Made by a program: the position numbers and the translations under genes | Notes under the pieces: model-generated | The model's input: only the letters and a program-made list of their open reading frames with translations | What the model was told of the DNA's origin: nothing | Database searches by the model: none | Shown: positions 26,697 through 40,189 of the stretch, one piece after another | Numbering within the stretch: the stretch's first letter is position 1 | Layout of the letters: each line of letters opens with the position of its first letter | NCBI RefSeq assembly: GCF_902652985.1 | Contig: NC_047028.1 | Location: 19,344,001 to 19,408,000, forward strand | Length of the DNA: 64,000 nt | Direction: 5' to 3' | From: Pecten maximus | Taxonomy: Eukaryota

Positions 26697-27599
26697 AATA
26701 AACAAATAAATGGAAACGAATAATAATGAAAAAAAATGTTCTTTTTTTTTAAATCGAAAGTAGACTTTTAAAATCTGAGTATTCGCAGAACAATACAATC
26801 GATAGATAAATATCCCACGTGATTGAGATACACTCACTAGACTATCGGACACTGTCGATACAGAAACAGATTTATGTAGATAGTGGTGCTATTTGATAGA
26901 TGTTTCTGGTGTACCGAGAACAACGCGATGGCATTTCGACCAGGAAGTCTCCACCTGTTCTATACATACTGGTGAGTATACCATATAGTATGTTGTTAGC
27001 AACCGCCAGACCGGCAGACATTTTTCCTGGTACGTGTCCCCACACAGACCGGCACACAAGGACATTGATAGATTTGATGATTATGTGGGGCGTATTTGTG
27101 TGTTGGATCATCGCCATATATATAACCTTATACTCAAGTATATGAGACGAAGAATAACAGTGGATGGAGTCATGTAGGCGGTAATCCAGTTACCAATTAA
27201 CTAATACAACCTGATAGTCTATAGGCAGTTAAACATTAAAATGATAGTAGTAACCACTTCTTCACCACTTCCTCGTTTTTTGGTATCACGGTAATTGTTC
27301 GGTAGGAGAGGCACACATGCACTAACGGTGTGTGGTTGGAGGATATGCGATGTATTTTGTTTACGAGTATATATTTTAATGTATGCAAGATTTCCTTTTG
27401 AGTTAATTTTTTACTAGAATGACAATTTCACCTTTCATTTCTCACATTCCATTCAATGAATGATTTGACGACTCTGTTTTCTTAAATATTTTACTTACTT
27501 TACTACAGGAGACTGTTGACACACAAAGTTAAGAAAAAAATTAAAAATCCAGCGACTTGGTCGTCGTCCCCTGGTATATCATGTAGTGTTGGATCAGAT

Positions 27600-29770
27600 C
27601 ATAGCAGTATCTAAATCGACTTAGAGCTAAGGTATAACAACTTCATCGCTATGGTATAGAGACATTTATGATAAGTGTGTTCTGATGAATCATGCTGGTA
27701 CGAAAGACGATCGCCGATATCCCTTTCTCATTTTGAGTATGATGATTTTGTGCAGTCGTTCATTTCTTTGAAGCATAGACCAATGGTTGGTTGTTTTATA
27801 AGGAGAAGTGTACCTAATCCTGTCGATGATGCGTCCTTCATAAAGCTACAACATAGGCGTCTCGGGGGGAAAAAGTAACTGTTTGCAACTGTCTGGTGGG
27901 TCCTGTTCACGGATATGGTAAACTTACTTCAGTTAGTTATGGACTTTCCAACATATTTTACCGTGAGTTGGATCATTGCTGAATTGTTCTCAGATTCAGA
28001 CTCTTCCTGAATTGCTTTCACTTTCCCAGCATTCAGTTTATACAAAGTACAAGTTATATTCAGTCACTGTTTTATTTGACACTCTGACGCTATGTTTTCC
28101 TTACGCTTTCATATGTCTACAACTGAATGTAGACTAGTGACGTGTTCCTCCCGCGCTTCGCCCCAAGTAAGTGAATCTTCCACAACGGTTTCGAATTGTC
28201 ATCCGAAATTAACTTACGACATTGTTTACTGAAAATACCTCAGGCGACTAGAAACACCAATTGGTACCCTTACAAACGTTTAACGTCCAAACGGGGATGT
28301 TGAATGTGCACAAGGTGCTGCTTGGCTCGTCTGACTTAATTATCGAAATTCCTGATTCTGCGTCAGGTACAATGTATACAGGATAATTCGCATTAACTAC
28401 ATTGTAGATGTGTTATCATTTATTGTTTTATGGAGAACTGCTCATTCCAATAACACTAGTCAGATTTTGGGCTCAATAGAGATACCGAGTGTATTGTTTT
28501 ATTTTTTTTACCGCTACACTACTAGTGTTAACTCAATTAATTGGCTCGTAAACTTTCTCAACTAATGCCTGTTCCTCCATTCTATTAGATCTTGGTTTGG
28601 TTGTAAATCATACGGTACTTACTAAGGTGAACGACCGGCCATTTTCAATGTGATTTTTGTATAAAGATACCCTTTAATCCGATTAACACATGTAGACTTT
28701 CGTTAAGAGTATCAGTCTTTTTTGTCTGACTCAACCTGCCGACTCTCTATACAAGATTTATCTGTTGACTCGAAGCAAGTCCATTGACATAAGTAACGTC
28801 TTGATCAACGATCAGACAATATATAGTCGTTCTCGTTCGGAGAATGCGACTTAACCCGGATCGACATAGAAACAGAAGACGCATATCCTTCCGAACCCCT
28901 GGTCTTATTTTGCTGTAATTTTAAATGGATTCAATACGAATCTATGTTATTTATTCGTATTTTGGTTTCGTTTTATCGATTTTGACTTTAACGATTTTAT
29001 GTGACTGTCGGTGTTCTCGTTCGTTTTGGTACTCACACTGAATCACTGACCTATCAAGAGTTATTATCTGTCTGCTTGTAGTATTTTGAGATTTCCCATG
29101 CCATTGTTGTTCCATCTGTGACAATGCTGTCTTTATTCGATTTCACCGAGCCCACATGTACATCTTAAATCTCACTGCTGTGTCTTTTAGTTTCAGTTTC
29201 ACATCACAGACCAGTCGTCCTTTTTTTCTGGAGTACTTACTTTGTCTTATTGAGTTGCTCCGATAAAGAATAAGTCATCTTTATTTTCGATATGTTTGTC
29301 AATCAACTGTTCTTTTCCCCTTTTGCCATTACCTCTGTGAGAGTTTGCGACCTTTGTGAACGCTTGTTTGTATATGTAAGGTCTACACACCAAGGAATAA
29401 TCATTGAGCCTGACCACAATTCTGAAGCTGTAATTTTACCGCCTGTAAAGGTTTTGACGGCACGCTTCGTGTTTGCCTGTTTTTTTTCTTTTTTGTTGTT
29501 TTTTTGTTGTTTTTTGTTGTTGTTGTTGTTGTTTTGTTTGACAACACGAACCGATTGATCAACCCTATAACATATGTCAATGAAGAGGTATTCATTTTCA
29601 CTAGCACGGAAGATGTCAATTGCTTTCTTCAATTTAAAACCAAGGTTAATCTCTAACATAACAGGGCAGTCTGTCCTTGACCAAAGTATCGCATAGATCA
29701 CCAAATTTATACATACCCATGATGGCTTTATTTCTGAGCTCAGTGACATATCTTGATCAAAAGTTTCCAT
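27600..29770 (-). mobile_element. Highly decayed Gypsy-type LTR retrotransposon internal region (gag-PR-RT-RNase H)
   Basis: Manual translation gives, in gene order: LKKAIDIFRASE (gag), NCG.LNDYSLVCR (knuckle), VRFKMYMWAR*N (decayed FK.DTGA), VEKVYEP, DAESG..IKSDEPSSTLCTFNIP-FGR..F.RVPIG..S-PEVF, VEDSLTWG..REEH (RT), KVKAI, DASSTGLG..LL..PLVYASK (RNase H); many stops and frameshifts. Confidence 0.8.
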
Positions 29771-30388
29771 AATGCATATCTTTCATAAGTGTATTATTTT
29801 ACTTACGTGGATACAATATTGATAGAGCATCACTTTCGGAGTGTTTATTTGATCTGTATTGCTGGTTGTACAATTTGAATGTGTTGACAACTACCAGTGT
29901 ATCCGATCCCGAGCCGATCCCGAGCCGATCCTATGGATGAATGTTTATGTTTGGATTTCCTGGTTGTTTGTCCCAATCTCTGACGTGATTAAGTAAGACT
30001 AAAAACGTTGATATCACTAACGACAAGCTAATACGGCGGACTGTTGACAATTTTTATTCCATATCGAGGCTTACTCACCAGTCATGACGTAATGATTCAT
30101 TACACACACATATACAGACCCCTTTCTACGATATCATGTCAATGAGGTTTCTTATTCCACGTATCCCAGAAGACCCTCCCATACATCGTACGACCCTCCC
30201 ATACATCGTACTGTATACCTGTGACCAAATGAGCATCAAAGACATTCATGAAATTCTATTTTGTATATTCGTATGTAATTTTCGACTTACAAATGTATTG
30301 CCGATCACAACAAGTAAAGCAAATTTATACCTGTTTCGATTTGTGACGAATGAAGTGGATACTTTATGTTTATTTCAGATTTTATGTC

Positions 30389-32817
30389 ATGGAGAAAAAA
30401 TGTGGATATTGCGGTAGGAACACTTTGAGTCTCCGGCGGTGTTCGTCATGTCAGGACGTTTACTACTGCTCCACTGTGTGTCAGCATGAGGATTGGAGAG
30501 GTCAACACAAGGTCAGATGTAAAGAGATTCAAAAACGTAAAGAAACCGGAAGTAGAAATTCACATGAGGACGCCTCTCTTCTTCCGAAAAAGGAAAATGG
30601 AAACGGAACTGTTCTATATCCACCTATCGGGGCCTCTAATGAAGAGTTCGTGGAATATTTCGACCGGGAAGGAATGAGCTTTCTTACTTTGACAGATATG
30701 TTATCGGGCAGTGTCGATGCTTATAAGGAGGATCCAGTGGATCAGAATACTAAAAGAAAAAGAGATAACACTATAAACAAGACATGTTACGTATGCGGCG
30801 AAACAAGTGCCGTAGTGAAAACTTGTGCTCGGTGCAAGATGGTAAATTATTGTTCCCAAGACTGCCAAAAGAAAGATAGGAAAAGACACAAAATACAATG
30901 TAAAGAACCAAAAGAGCAATGTCCTGATACTAACACAACAATGGATGGTTCTGCTTTTTTTCGTTCCATGCCAAAGATGCCAGATCTTTCCATTCAGTCC
31001 TACTCTGAACCAGGTGCGCTTGCAAAAGCCAAGAGTCTGGCCTGGAGGGCCTTTCCCGACTGTACTGTATTGGACTTCATCCGGGAGATCCCACCCGAGC
31101 TGTTCGGAATGAGACCACGTGGTACTTCGAGAGTTGCTGTCGGTTTTATATCACGGTTTCATCGAAATATGATGCGACATTGCATATTTCTACAGGTATA
31201 ATATCAGTAATTATTTAAAATTATGTTACGGTGCGGTAGTTAACGATCCACCATGAGGTCATGAGGTCAAATCTCAATCGGGATCGAGTGCGCATATTTT
31301 GCGAGGTGCATCGTCATCCGGAGACAAGTCCTAAAGACATTTCACGGAAGCGTTAAAGATAGCAATCTTATAATAACACTTTCTAGGTCACAAAGCAACA
31401 GCGACACAGACGTAAATTGAGAAAATAATCTACCCCGCAAGATGAATATTTCAAAATACTGATATGCATGAGAAATCGCTTCTAGCCCCGTCATAACCAC
31501 CCATACTGCCACGCCGCCGTGCACGAGTTCCCATTTCTGTTTCAAACCTATTGCAGCGTAATCTAGAACATTTATCCATCTAACTATTTCTACGAATTTA
31601 TTAAACGGGCATATGCTTAAATTCTGTAGTGCTTTCCTATGAAAAAAAATAAGTAACGGAATTTCCTTACCTTAACAATCATTTATTTTGGCGAGCAAAA
31701 AATGAAAAATTCAAAACGGGTATCATCAATCTATTATGAAGAGAAACGAATGACATATTCTATTTATCTTATGAATGGTATCTACTTTCATTTCTTCCCT
31801 TTTTGTTTGTTCAGACAGGTGATCGATCAATTTGTACGAGCCGTTTTGGACCGCATCAATAAAAACTAAGAGTCGGTCAAGTGCCGAAAAAATAGGGCGA
31901 GTAAATAACGAACTCCTTCAAAAATTTACTTTATAATAAAAAGAGCATTTTAATTAATTTCAATTTCAATTTTATAGAAAACAAGAACCACGGAGCGATA
32001 ACACGAGCGACCGCTTATGTTGTGTCATCACAGTTTGACAGGCGAAAACGCATTCCTCAGTAGTTATCAAATATCGCTGTCAGAGGGGGCCATCGGACAG
32101 AGTTTTATAACCGCTACATATTAACATGATTTAGTGTCACTAAGTTAGGAGAGTTGAGAGATGTTTCTACCAAAGATTATGTTTAAAGTGCCATAAAAGG
32201 TCATATTTGTAGCCGAATTATGAGTTTTTTTGATATTCATTTATTTTTTTGAAAAGGGTATCTTTTGATAGACTTGAAATTTAAAAAGGGTTCTAAACGT
32301 ACATGGATGATTTTCTTTATTTCCCGTAGTTAACCTTCCAATTTCAAACTGCGTTTTTTTTTTCTTTCAGTTGATTCACAACATCAACAGTATTTAATTT
32401 TAAAGTAAAAAATTGGGGTTCGGAAATACACCATATGACTGCAATGCTATTAATCAAGTCCAGCGACATATAAAAAAAGATTTTGTTTTGTAGGAAATGT
32501 TTATAGCAATTTTCGGAGAGCAGTCAGCCTCATCTGTTGATGGATTTAAACTACAGATTCTTCTTTTATTATTATTTGCAATATTGTAGTCATTTTACCA
32601 AGGATAAAGTGTTTTTTTGTTGCAGGACAAAGACGGCGATGAGGTATATGTTGCCTTTTACCTTGAACGTGACGATCCTCGACCCTACTTCCGGTGGGAT
32701 GACGTAGTTCCGGGACGATACATATGTATAGAAGATCCTTACATCCATCCGTTTATGGACGGCTCTGTTGGAATCCGGGTAGATTTCCCTTCCGCTGTTC
32801 GGGTGTTCGCGGTTTGA
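30389..32817 (+). CDS. Double-MYND zinc-finger protein copy 2 (~332 aa); exons 30389-31195 and 32626-32817
   Basis: Two MYND motifs; donor CAG/GTATAA at 31195, acceptor ttgttgcag at 32625; phase-0 join ...HCIFLQ|DKDGDEVYVAFY...RVFAV*; open throughout. Confidence 0.92.
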
Positions 32818-33460
32818 TGATTCGATTTAAGACATCACTTCAGTATTCATACCCTGCTGTTACATTGATTAATCGCGTATTATATTTCAATCGGTCTGAA
32901 CTGTTTGCTATTCATATTTCATAGGTTTGAAGAACCAGAAATTTCATAGTATTCTCAAGGAATCTCTTATCATAGAATGTAGAGTGTAATTGACCAGGGG
33001 TACATAATTTATTATGAAATATATTTAAACTATGAAATGATGTATCTTCAAAATAAAAAAGAAGAATATCGTTTAATGTTTTTTTTATTTTCTTTTCTTT
33101 ATTTTGTAAAAGGATCGGCTTTTCACCTCAAACCGACACCTTTAAAATATTTATACCCAGGTTCGGTGATCTTGGGTTCGTCAGGGTCTTACATTCTGGG
33201 TCATAATTTGTACGTGAAGTCTGGCAAATAAACACGAACTCAAGATATATAAAGTTCAGGTAGTCTTATTAGGATACCACTAAACACTATGTAAAAATAT
33301 ACAGAGACACAGGGACAAATTATACAATTCTGTCACGCACTCAACACACACATACTATAGGACAACATGACAGTAGTTTAGTAAACTAGCGGCTACATGG
33401 CCATACTATAACGATAGTACACAAAACTACTGACAGTGAGTGTTACCATAACAGTCTAAC

Positions 33461-33590
33461 AAAGACTTTCATTCTGACTACGTGAGTCGGGGAGAGCTGA
33501 GCCAGGCAGTCCTACAAAGACTTTCCATCTGACTACGTGAGTCGGGGAGAGCTGAGCCAGGCAGTCCTACAAAGACTTTCCATCTGACTG
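33461..33590. repeat. 55-bp tandem repeat (~2.4 copies) in an LTR-like GC-richer segment (~33200-33745)
   Basis: aaagactttc..tctgactacgtgagtcggggagagctgagccaggcagtcctac starts at 33461, 33516, 33571. Confidence 0.8.
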
Positions 33591-36179
33591 GCGAACTACA
33601 CAGGTGTACCGGCTTATATAGACAACCGCGGCAATCCGCACGTGCAATATTCGCGCCAAATTACCTGTACTCGGAACACTTCCGCTGTCAAATGACTAAG
33701 GAATTCCGAATAGTATAAACAGCCGGTATATCGAACAATACAGTCGTAACTTGTAAGTAGACAGTCACCATATAATCTATTCAATAAAGTTTATAAATTC
33801 CTCAACTTTTACCATTTTTTCTTTCTTTGTTTCTTTTATCTTTCGGTTGTTTACGTACATTCTTATCTATGTTTACAATGGCTGGATTTTTAGGATTCTC
33901 TGTTTTCAACATTTGTGCGGCGACTTTAATTAATTAGAGCCTCTCGGAAATGTCCATTGTGACGTAATACCATAACATATCATCGATTGCTCTAATTATA
34001 ATCTGACGGACTATCCCCAAGAGTGTCCTATTTGTAGAATTTCAAAATCTAGTCAACTGTTATCTAAAATGATAATTTTCGCAATTTCTTTAATTTATGC
34101 AATATTTATGGGCATAGTCAATCATTATCCATGACGGCAAATGTAATAATTACTCTAATTTATGTTACTTAAATGATTTATCGCTTATGTTGCACGTCCT
34201 TTCGCAATTTCGGAGCAACCACTCTCTCAGTGCGAACGGCCTCTTCCCTCCATGGGATTCAGAAAGACTGGCCACTTTTGTAAAAGTTCAAAATATATGT
34301 TTACTATGGATGAAAAAGGCAGATTGAAAAACAATTTAATTGTTACCTTAATTTAATCTAGACATATTTTATTGCTTCCAACAATCACGCAAGATGATTG
34401 GGCATAATTTATTGCAACTTATAGAAGCCCTCTCCTCCACTTTTTGATTCAGCAATGTGACCGCAACAATAGATATATAGGTACATTATATACAAAAAAA
34501 AAAACGGAATTGGAAATCAGTGGAGTGAGACAGAATGGAAGTCCAAGGAAATAACATTAGGTGATATCATAACGCAATTCTTATCATTTACAACTATATA
34601 TTGCATACACTTCCATGCTAGTATGGAGCAAATCAATTACAACCTCAGATTTTACATGAAGCCCTAACGTGGTGTGTAGTCGATTTACCTTCATACTAGA
34701 ATGGATAATAACATTTTAATATACGTGGATCTTAGCGTATTGAAATGCATGTTGAAATGTTAAATATTAAATCGTTAAGTAACTAAGCATTGTTAACCGA
34801 TTCAAATGATTAAACAAATACGCCTAATCTTACTGCCAGTCTCGACCAAGAGGTTTCGTTCCCCACACTCACTAAACATCTATGAAATATTGACAATCGG
34901 TCATCTTCGTGCCTTTCGGCAAGCTCAGAAATTACGGGAGAACCGATTGTGACTAAACCACTACGAACGGTTATTTAGTGTCAGGATGGACATCTCTACC
35001 AGCAGCACCTAGTTAATTTACGTATTTAAGAACAAATCAATTGTCGCTCATCGTTTTCCTAATTTCGAATTGACCACATGCACAATCCGAACTGTCTCTC
35101 CCCTCAGTTGAAATAATGTAGCCATACTCATATTGTGGCTGTCTTTTACTGGGCGACCACGTCTGTCACGAATCAGTATAATAATATACCATTATGTCAT
35201 TGCATGTGTGTATGTGTACATTGAAAACCACCACTATATGCACATTGTAGATAACAACGGCTACCGGGAGTCGAAACCAAAAATGAAACCGAAAGTAGGA
35301 CTACAATTTTGAAACTATGTTTCTCGGAACGATACGACGGTATCTGAAAAGGGCGCACCGATCAATACTATGATAATGTACAGGTACATAATGTTTACAT
35401 TACAGGTATGTTTTGGGTTAGGTGGACAAAAGGCTGCGTCATTATCTTCAGTATTACGCTGGCAACATGTAAATCAACTGTCGGAAATAGATAAACTACA
35501 TATCACTTTCAATATACATGTATATACGCTGTGTGTATTTTAAGGTACGAGAAGTCGGAATTCCTGAAAACAGATATCCGAAAATAGTCAAATGCTTACA
35601 ATGTAGATGTGCTATATAGTTATGATAAAAGCTGGATAGCGATACTTCAGTGTCAAATTGTCACAAGACCTGGTGTACTGCTACAGGTGAGCCGAGCTGG
35701 ATATTCCTAGGTGTAAGTAATACGTACGTTTAACTATATGATCAAAACTGAAATTGTATTCACTAAGTTAGGTGACTGAGAACGTATTATTTTAATGTCT
35801 GGTACAGATGTAAGTAATGTTCCTTATATTTTTTCTACTTAAGCTATCAAGAGGGATTAGAATATTATATAATCTAAGTTATAACTGCTGAATAACTGAG
35901 GTTATTAAAAACAAATAACATCCATTTAATCATTTGTATTCGCAAATTTGAGTTGTCTCCCTTCCTAGTTGTAAAACATGCAACCTTTCGCTTTCTGTTT
36001 GACACGGTGAACAAGATTTTTTTTTACGGTTGCGACATGAAAAAACCATAACTAACAAACTAAAGTTGAAAATAAGATGGTGTGGCACGGGGGCGTATTA
36101 GGACCACTAGAACAATCATTTATCTTGTACGTACAATATACATCAGTTCAACATAAACAATTATAGATTGTAAAATACT

Positions 36180-37298
36180 TGCAAGATACTAAAGTTGTGC
36201 ATACATGTACAATATACTAAGTAGTCTGTACACGATACTAAGTTGTACGTACAAGATACTAAATAGTATGTACACGATGCTAAGTTGTACGTACAGATAC
36301 TAAGTAGTCTGTACACGATACTAAGTTGTACGTACAAGATACTAAGTAGTCTGTTCACGATACTAAGTTGTACGTACATGTACAATATACTAAGTAGTCT
36401 GTACACGATACTGAGTTGTGTGTACACGATACTAAGTTGTACGTACAATATACTAAGTAGTCTGTTCACGATACTAAGTTGTACGTACATGTACAATATA
36501 CTAAGTAGTCTGTACACGATACTAAGTTGTACGTACAAGATACTAAGTAGTCTGTACACGATACTAAGTTGTACGTACAATATACTAAGTAGTCTGTACA
36601 CGATACTAAGTTGTACGTACAAGATACTAAGTTGTGTGTACACGATTTTAAGTTGAACTTACAAGATACTAAGTAGTCTGTACACGATACTAAGTTGTAC
36701 GTACATGTACAATATACTAAGTAGTTTGTACACGATACTAAGTTGTGTGTACACGATTTTAAGTTGAACTTACAAGATACTAAGTAGTCTGTACACGATA
36801 CTAAGTTGTACGTACATGTACAATATACTAAGTAGTTTGTACACGATACTAAGTTGTGTGTACACGATTTTAAGTTGTACTAACAATAAATATACTAAGT
36901 AGTCTGTACACGATACTAAGTTGTACGTATTATACGTACATTGTACTAAGTTTTGTGTACACGATTTTAAGTGGTACGTACAAGATACTAAGTTGTGTGT
37001 ACAGGATACTAAGTTGTACGTACAATATACTAAGTAGTCTGTACACGATACTAAGTTGTGTGTACAGAGACTAAGTTGTGTGTACAGAGACTAAGCTGTA
37101 CGTACACTATACTAAGTAGTCTGTACACGATACTAAGTTGTACGTACATGTACAATATACTAAGTATTCTGTACACGATTTTAAGTTGTACGTACACTAT
37201 ACTAAGTAGTCTGTACACGATACCAAGTTGTACGTACAAGATGCTAATTAGTCTGTACACGATACTAAGTTGTACTGTACACGATACTAAGTAGTGTG
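36180..37298. repeat. 21-bp minisatellite with alternating subtypes (TACAAGATACTAAGTAGTCTG / TACACGATACTAAGTTGTACG)
   Basis: Visible period; 7-aa periodic ORFs on both strands. Confidence 0.95.
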
Positions 37299-37651
37299 CA
37301 TATAAAACCTTATTTCTCTCTTTAACAACACACTGTATATGGCTCACGTTAGCTTTATAGGTAGCATAATATATCGTATGGTTTTAAGCAGATACCTCAT
37401 CGAAATGAACATTTCCTGGCTGTTTTGATAAGTTCGATATCACTTCCGATGACGAAGATTGTCCCATTGGCGTCGGATGTTTCGAATACTTAAATAGATT
37501 TTTACATTGTATAAAATGCAAAACTCAGATGAAGCCCTCACATAATATTTCTGTTTGATTTGGATAAATAAAAGCTGAAGCTGAATATTTGAAAACTTCT
37601 ATCAAACGATTTGTTCAAAATGTGTCTGTTTTTGCAGAAATTGAAATTGCC

Positions 37652-38822
37652 ATGGCAGATGTTTGTGGATACTGCGGCCTTAAAGCATTGGGTCTACCCC
37701 AGTGTTCGGGGTGTAAACACATACACTACTGTTCTAATGAGTGTCAACGAAAAGACTGGAAAGGTCAGCATAGGGTCAAATGTAAAGAGATACAGCGTCA
37801 AGTACAAAAGGAAAACAACACACCAATGACGCGGAAACAGCCAATACTGAAGAAAGACAATGGCTACAGAGCAAACGCACTTACTCAAAACATTCATCAA
37901 CGACAAGGTGGAAATAAAGAAACCGGAAGACGAAATTGCCGGAAGTGTGTCGAATGTGGCAAAATAATATCAACTACGCAGAAATGCAGTCGTTGTAAGA
38001 AAATTGATTACTGTTCAAACACGTGTCTAAGTAAAAATTGGAGTGAACACAAGTTGTATTGTACTTCTCCAGAGGAGGAAAACTACGTTACCATCACAAC
38101 GGATGGATTCCGGCGAGAGGAAGCCTTTGCATCGAGGGTATGCAGACGAGTCGGATTTCAACAGGCGGAGAGTCTAAGTCGGAGGACGTTTGAGAGATCA
38201 ACTCCCATGTACTTTATCCAAGATATACCGCGATGTATGGGCTGGATACGGAGAAAGCGTGCATCTGGGGTTTTTGTTGGTTTTATATCAAGAATGCACA
38301 AGCGAATATCCAAATCCATATACTTGCAGGTAATTAATATATCAATTTACATTTAACATAATTATACATTTTCATTAGCGCCCGTTCTTTATAAAAAAGT
38401 AAAAACAACAAGCGGAAATATTCTAAATTGAATAACAATAATCCATATCGATGGTTTGTTTGTTTGGGTTTAACGGCCCATCGACAGCTAGGGTCATTTA
38501 GGGCCGATCAAAACAGTGGTTTTTATTTTATTCTATTTGAGTTTAAAATCATAATATCGATGGAATTTCGAGTAAATTCGTTTTTAGCTAATATTGATAG
38601 GGAAAAAAACGTTACAAAAAGATGCTTTTTTTTCTACAGGATGAAACTGGAGACGAAGTACAGGTGATATTTGCTCTTGAGAGAGGGGTCAAACAGTCTA
38701 ACTTCCGGTGGGATGACGTAGTTCCGGGTCGGTACCTGTGTATTAAGGATCCATCCATTGACCATTTCTCTGGATTGATGCTAGTAAGCGATGCTTCCAC
38801 AGTTCGCGTTTTCCGTGTTTAG
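37652..38822 (+). CDS. Double-MYND zinc-finger protein copy 3 (~286 aa); exons 37652-38329 and 38640-38822
   Basis: CGYC..CSGC..YCSNECQRKDW..H...C and CVEC..CSRC..YCSNTC...NW..HK..C; donor CAG/GTAATT at 38329, acceptor tttctacag at 38639; join SIYLQ|DETGDEVQVIF. Confidence 0.9.
38452..38505 (-). mobile_element. SINE 3' tail fragment in the intron of copy 3
   Basis: ggtttgtttgtttgggtttaacggcccatcgacagctagggtcatttagggc resembles 23121-23176. Confidence 0.6.
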
Positions 38823-39571
38823 CTGATTACTAGAGGTAGTTGTTATTTATTTGAAGGACAGACTTTTGTACGACAAACGACTGAAAAGTCGCACATAATT
38901 ATGATGTCGATATTTATCAGTAAATGTGACTGGTAGAAATGAACTACAAAATGTGCATATATTAATTTATCCCAAAATGTTGTTATTGAAAACTAGCTTA
39001 AAATGCTGTTATCAGAAAATTTTCGACGAAATGTTATTTTTGATATTTACCTCAGAATGACGTTATCAAAGGGGTGATATAGATCAAGGATACTGTTTGT
39101 TGTCAATTTTGAACCTCATAATAACTATTGTTTTCTGAATGTATTTTATAAATCATCTGTTCTCCACAACGAAATCACATACATAACAAGATAAATGGAA
39201 AGATTTATTCGAAAACCTGTGAAAAACGAATGAGACCAGGTGTTCCGAGGCGATAAACATCTCCTCGACCAACAACAACTACTACAACAGTCATGTTAGT
39301 CGAGGTCAGATCAATGTGACGTCACGTTCTCATAAATAACATGGGTCCGTGTAACACTTAACAATTCAAACCTGGAAAGCTTGAGACTCGATGTAGAAGC
39401 TTCCAACTTCCCCAAACATATGGCATGTGATCATATTGCAATTGTACGTATACCTTTCAAAAGCAAGGTAAATATAACCATAAGATTCTTACAAAGTTTC
39501 ACACATCATACATTTTGTGTCATGTCAACTTTTGTTTGCTTTAAACAATTAAATACCATATAATTTAAGAG

Positions 39572-39693
39572 TTATCAACCCCCTTTTCAGGTGAATACGA
39601 GGATTTATTAAACCTGAGAGAGGTTTTCCCTCGGCCTCCGGTTGATAATTAATAATTGATAAATCCTCGTGTTAACCTGATAAAAGGTTGATA
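39572..39693. repeat. Imperfect inverted repeat (hairpin element)
   Basis: ttatcaacc..ttttcaggtgaatacgaggatttat versus ataaatcctcgtgttaacctgataaaaggttgata. Confidence 0.65.
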
Positions 39694-40189
39694 GTTGTAT
39701 AATATTGAAGGTATTGAGTATATGAAGAGGCGACCGACGTCTTGAAATTGAAATATGGCCAAACAATGTGATGTCAGACATACTATCCTTATTTTCCTGG
39801 GATGGATTTCAAAGGAAATGAATGTGCATTGTATTAGTGGGATTGAAATACATTGTAATTGTGTGTTTATTCTAAATTAATTTCATGTGTACATATAGAT
39901 GTGTGATATTAGAATAATTCTGATTGCTAATTTGTAGTATATCCTAATGTAACAACATTCATCTTACTCTTAGATCTCTAGTTATGTCTTTCTTCCTGTC
40001 ATTCTTCTTTGCTTTAATTTCTTTATAATCATTATAAGTATACTGTGTCGCTATCACAATCTTTGTGATATATAAATATGTGGGAGGAATTTTATAAGTT
40101 GTTAAAACTTGTGCCAAACCGATTGTGTCTAAACATTAAAATATGTTCATATAAGAAGAAATATCAATGCATTGAGTTGAGATAAAACA

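Noticed and set aside
26872-27145. Overlapping 81-aa ORFs on both strands
   Set aside because: No recognisable domain or splice context
33200-33745. Solo LTR call for the segment around the 55-bp repeat
   Set aside because: TATA-like motif present on the minus strand, but no convincing termini with TSD
36161-37347. Long 7-aa periodic ORFs on both strands
   Set aside because: Consequence of the 21-bp unit length; no other coding evidence
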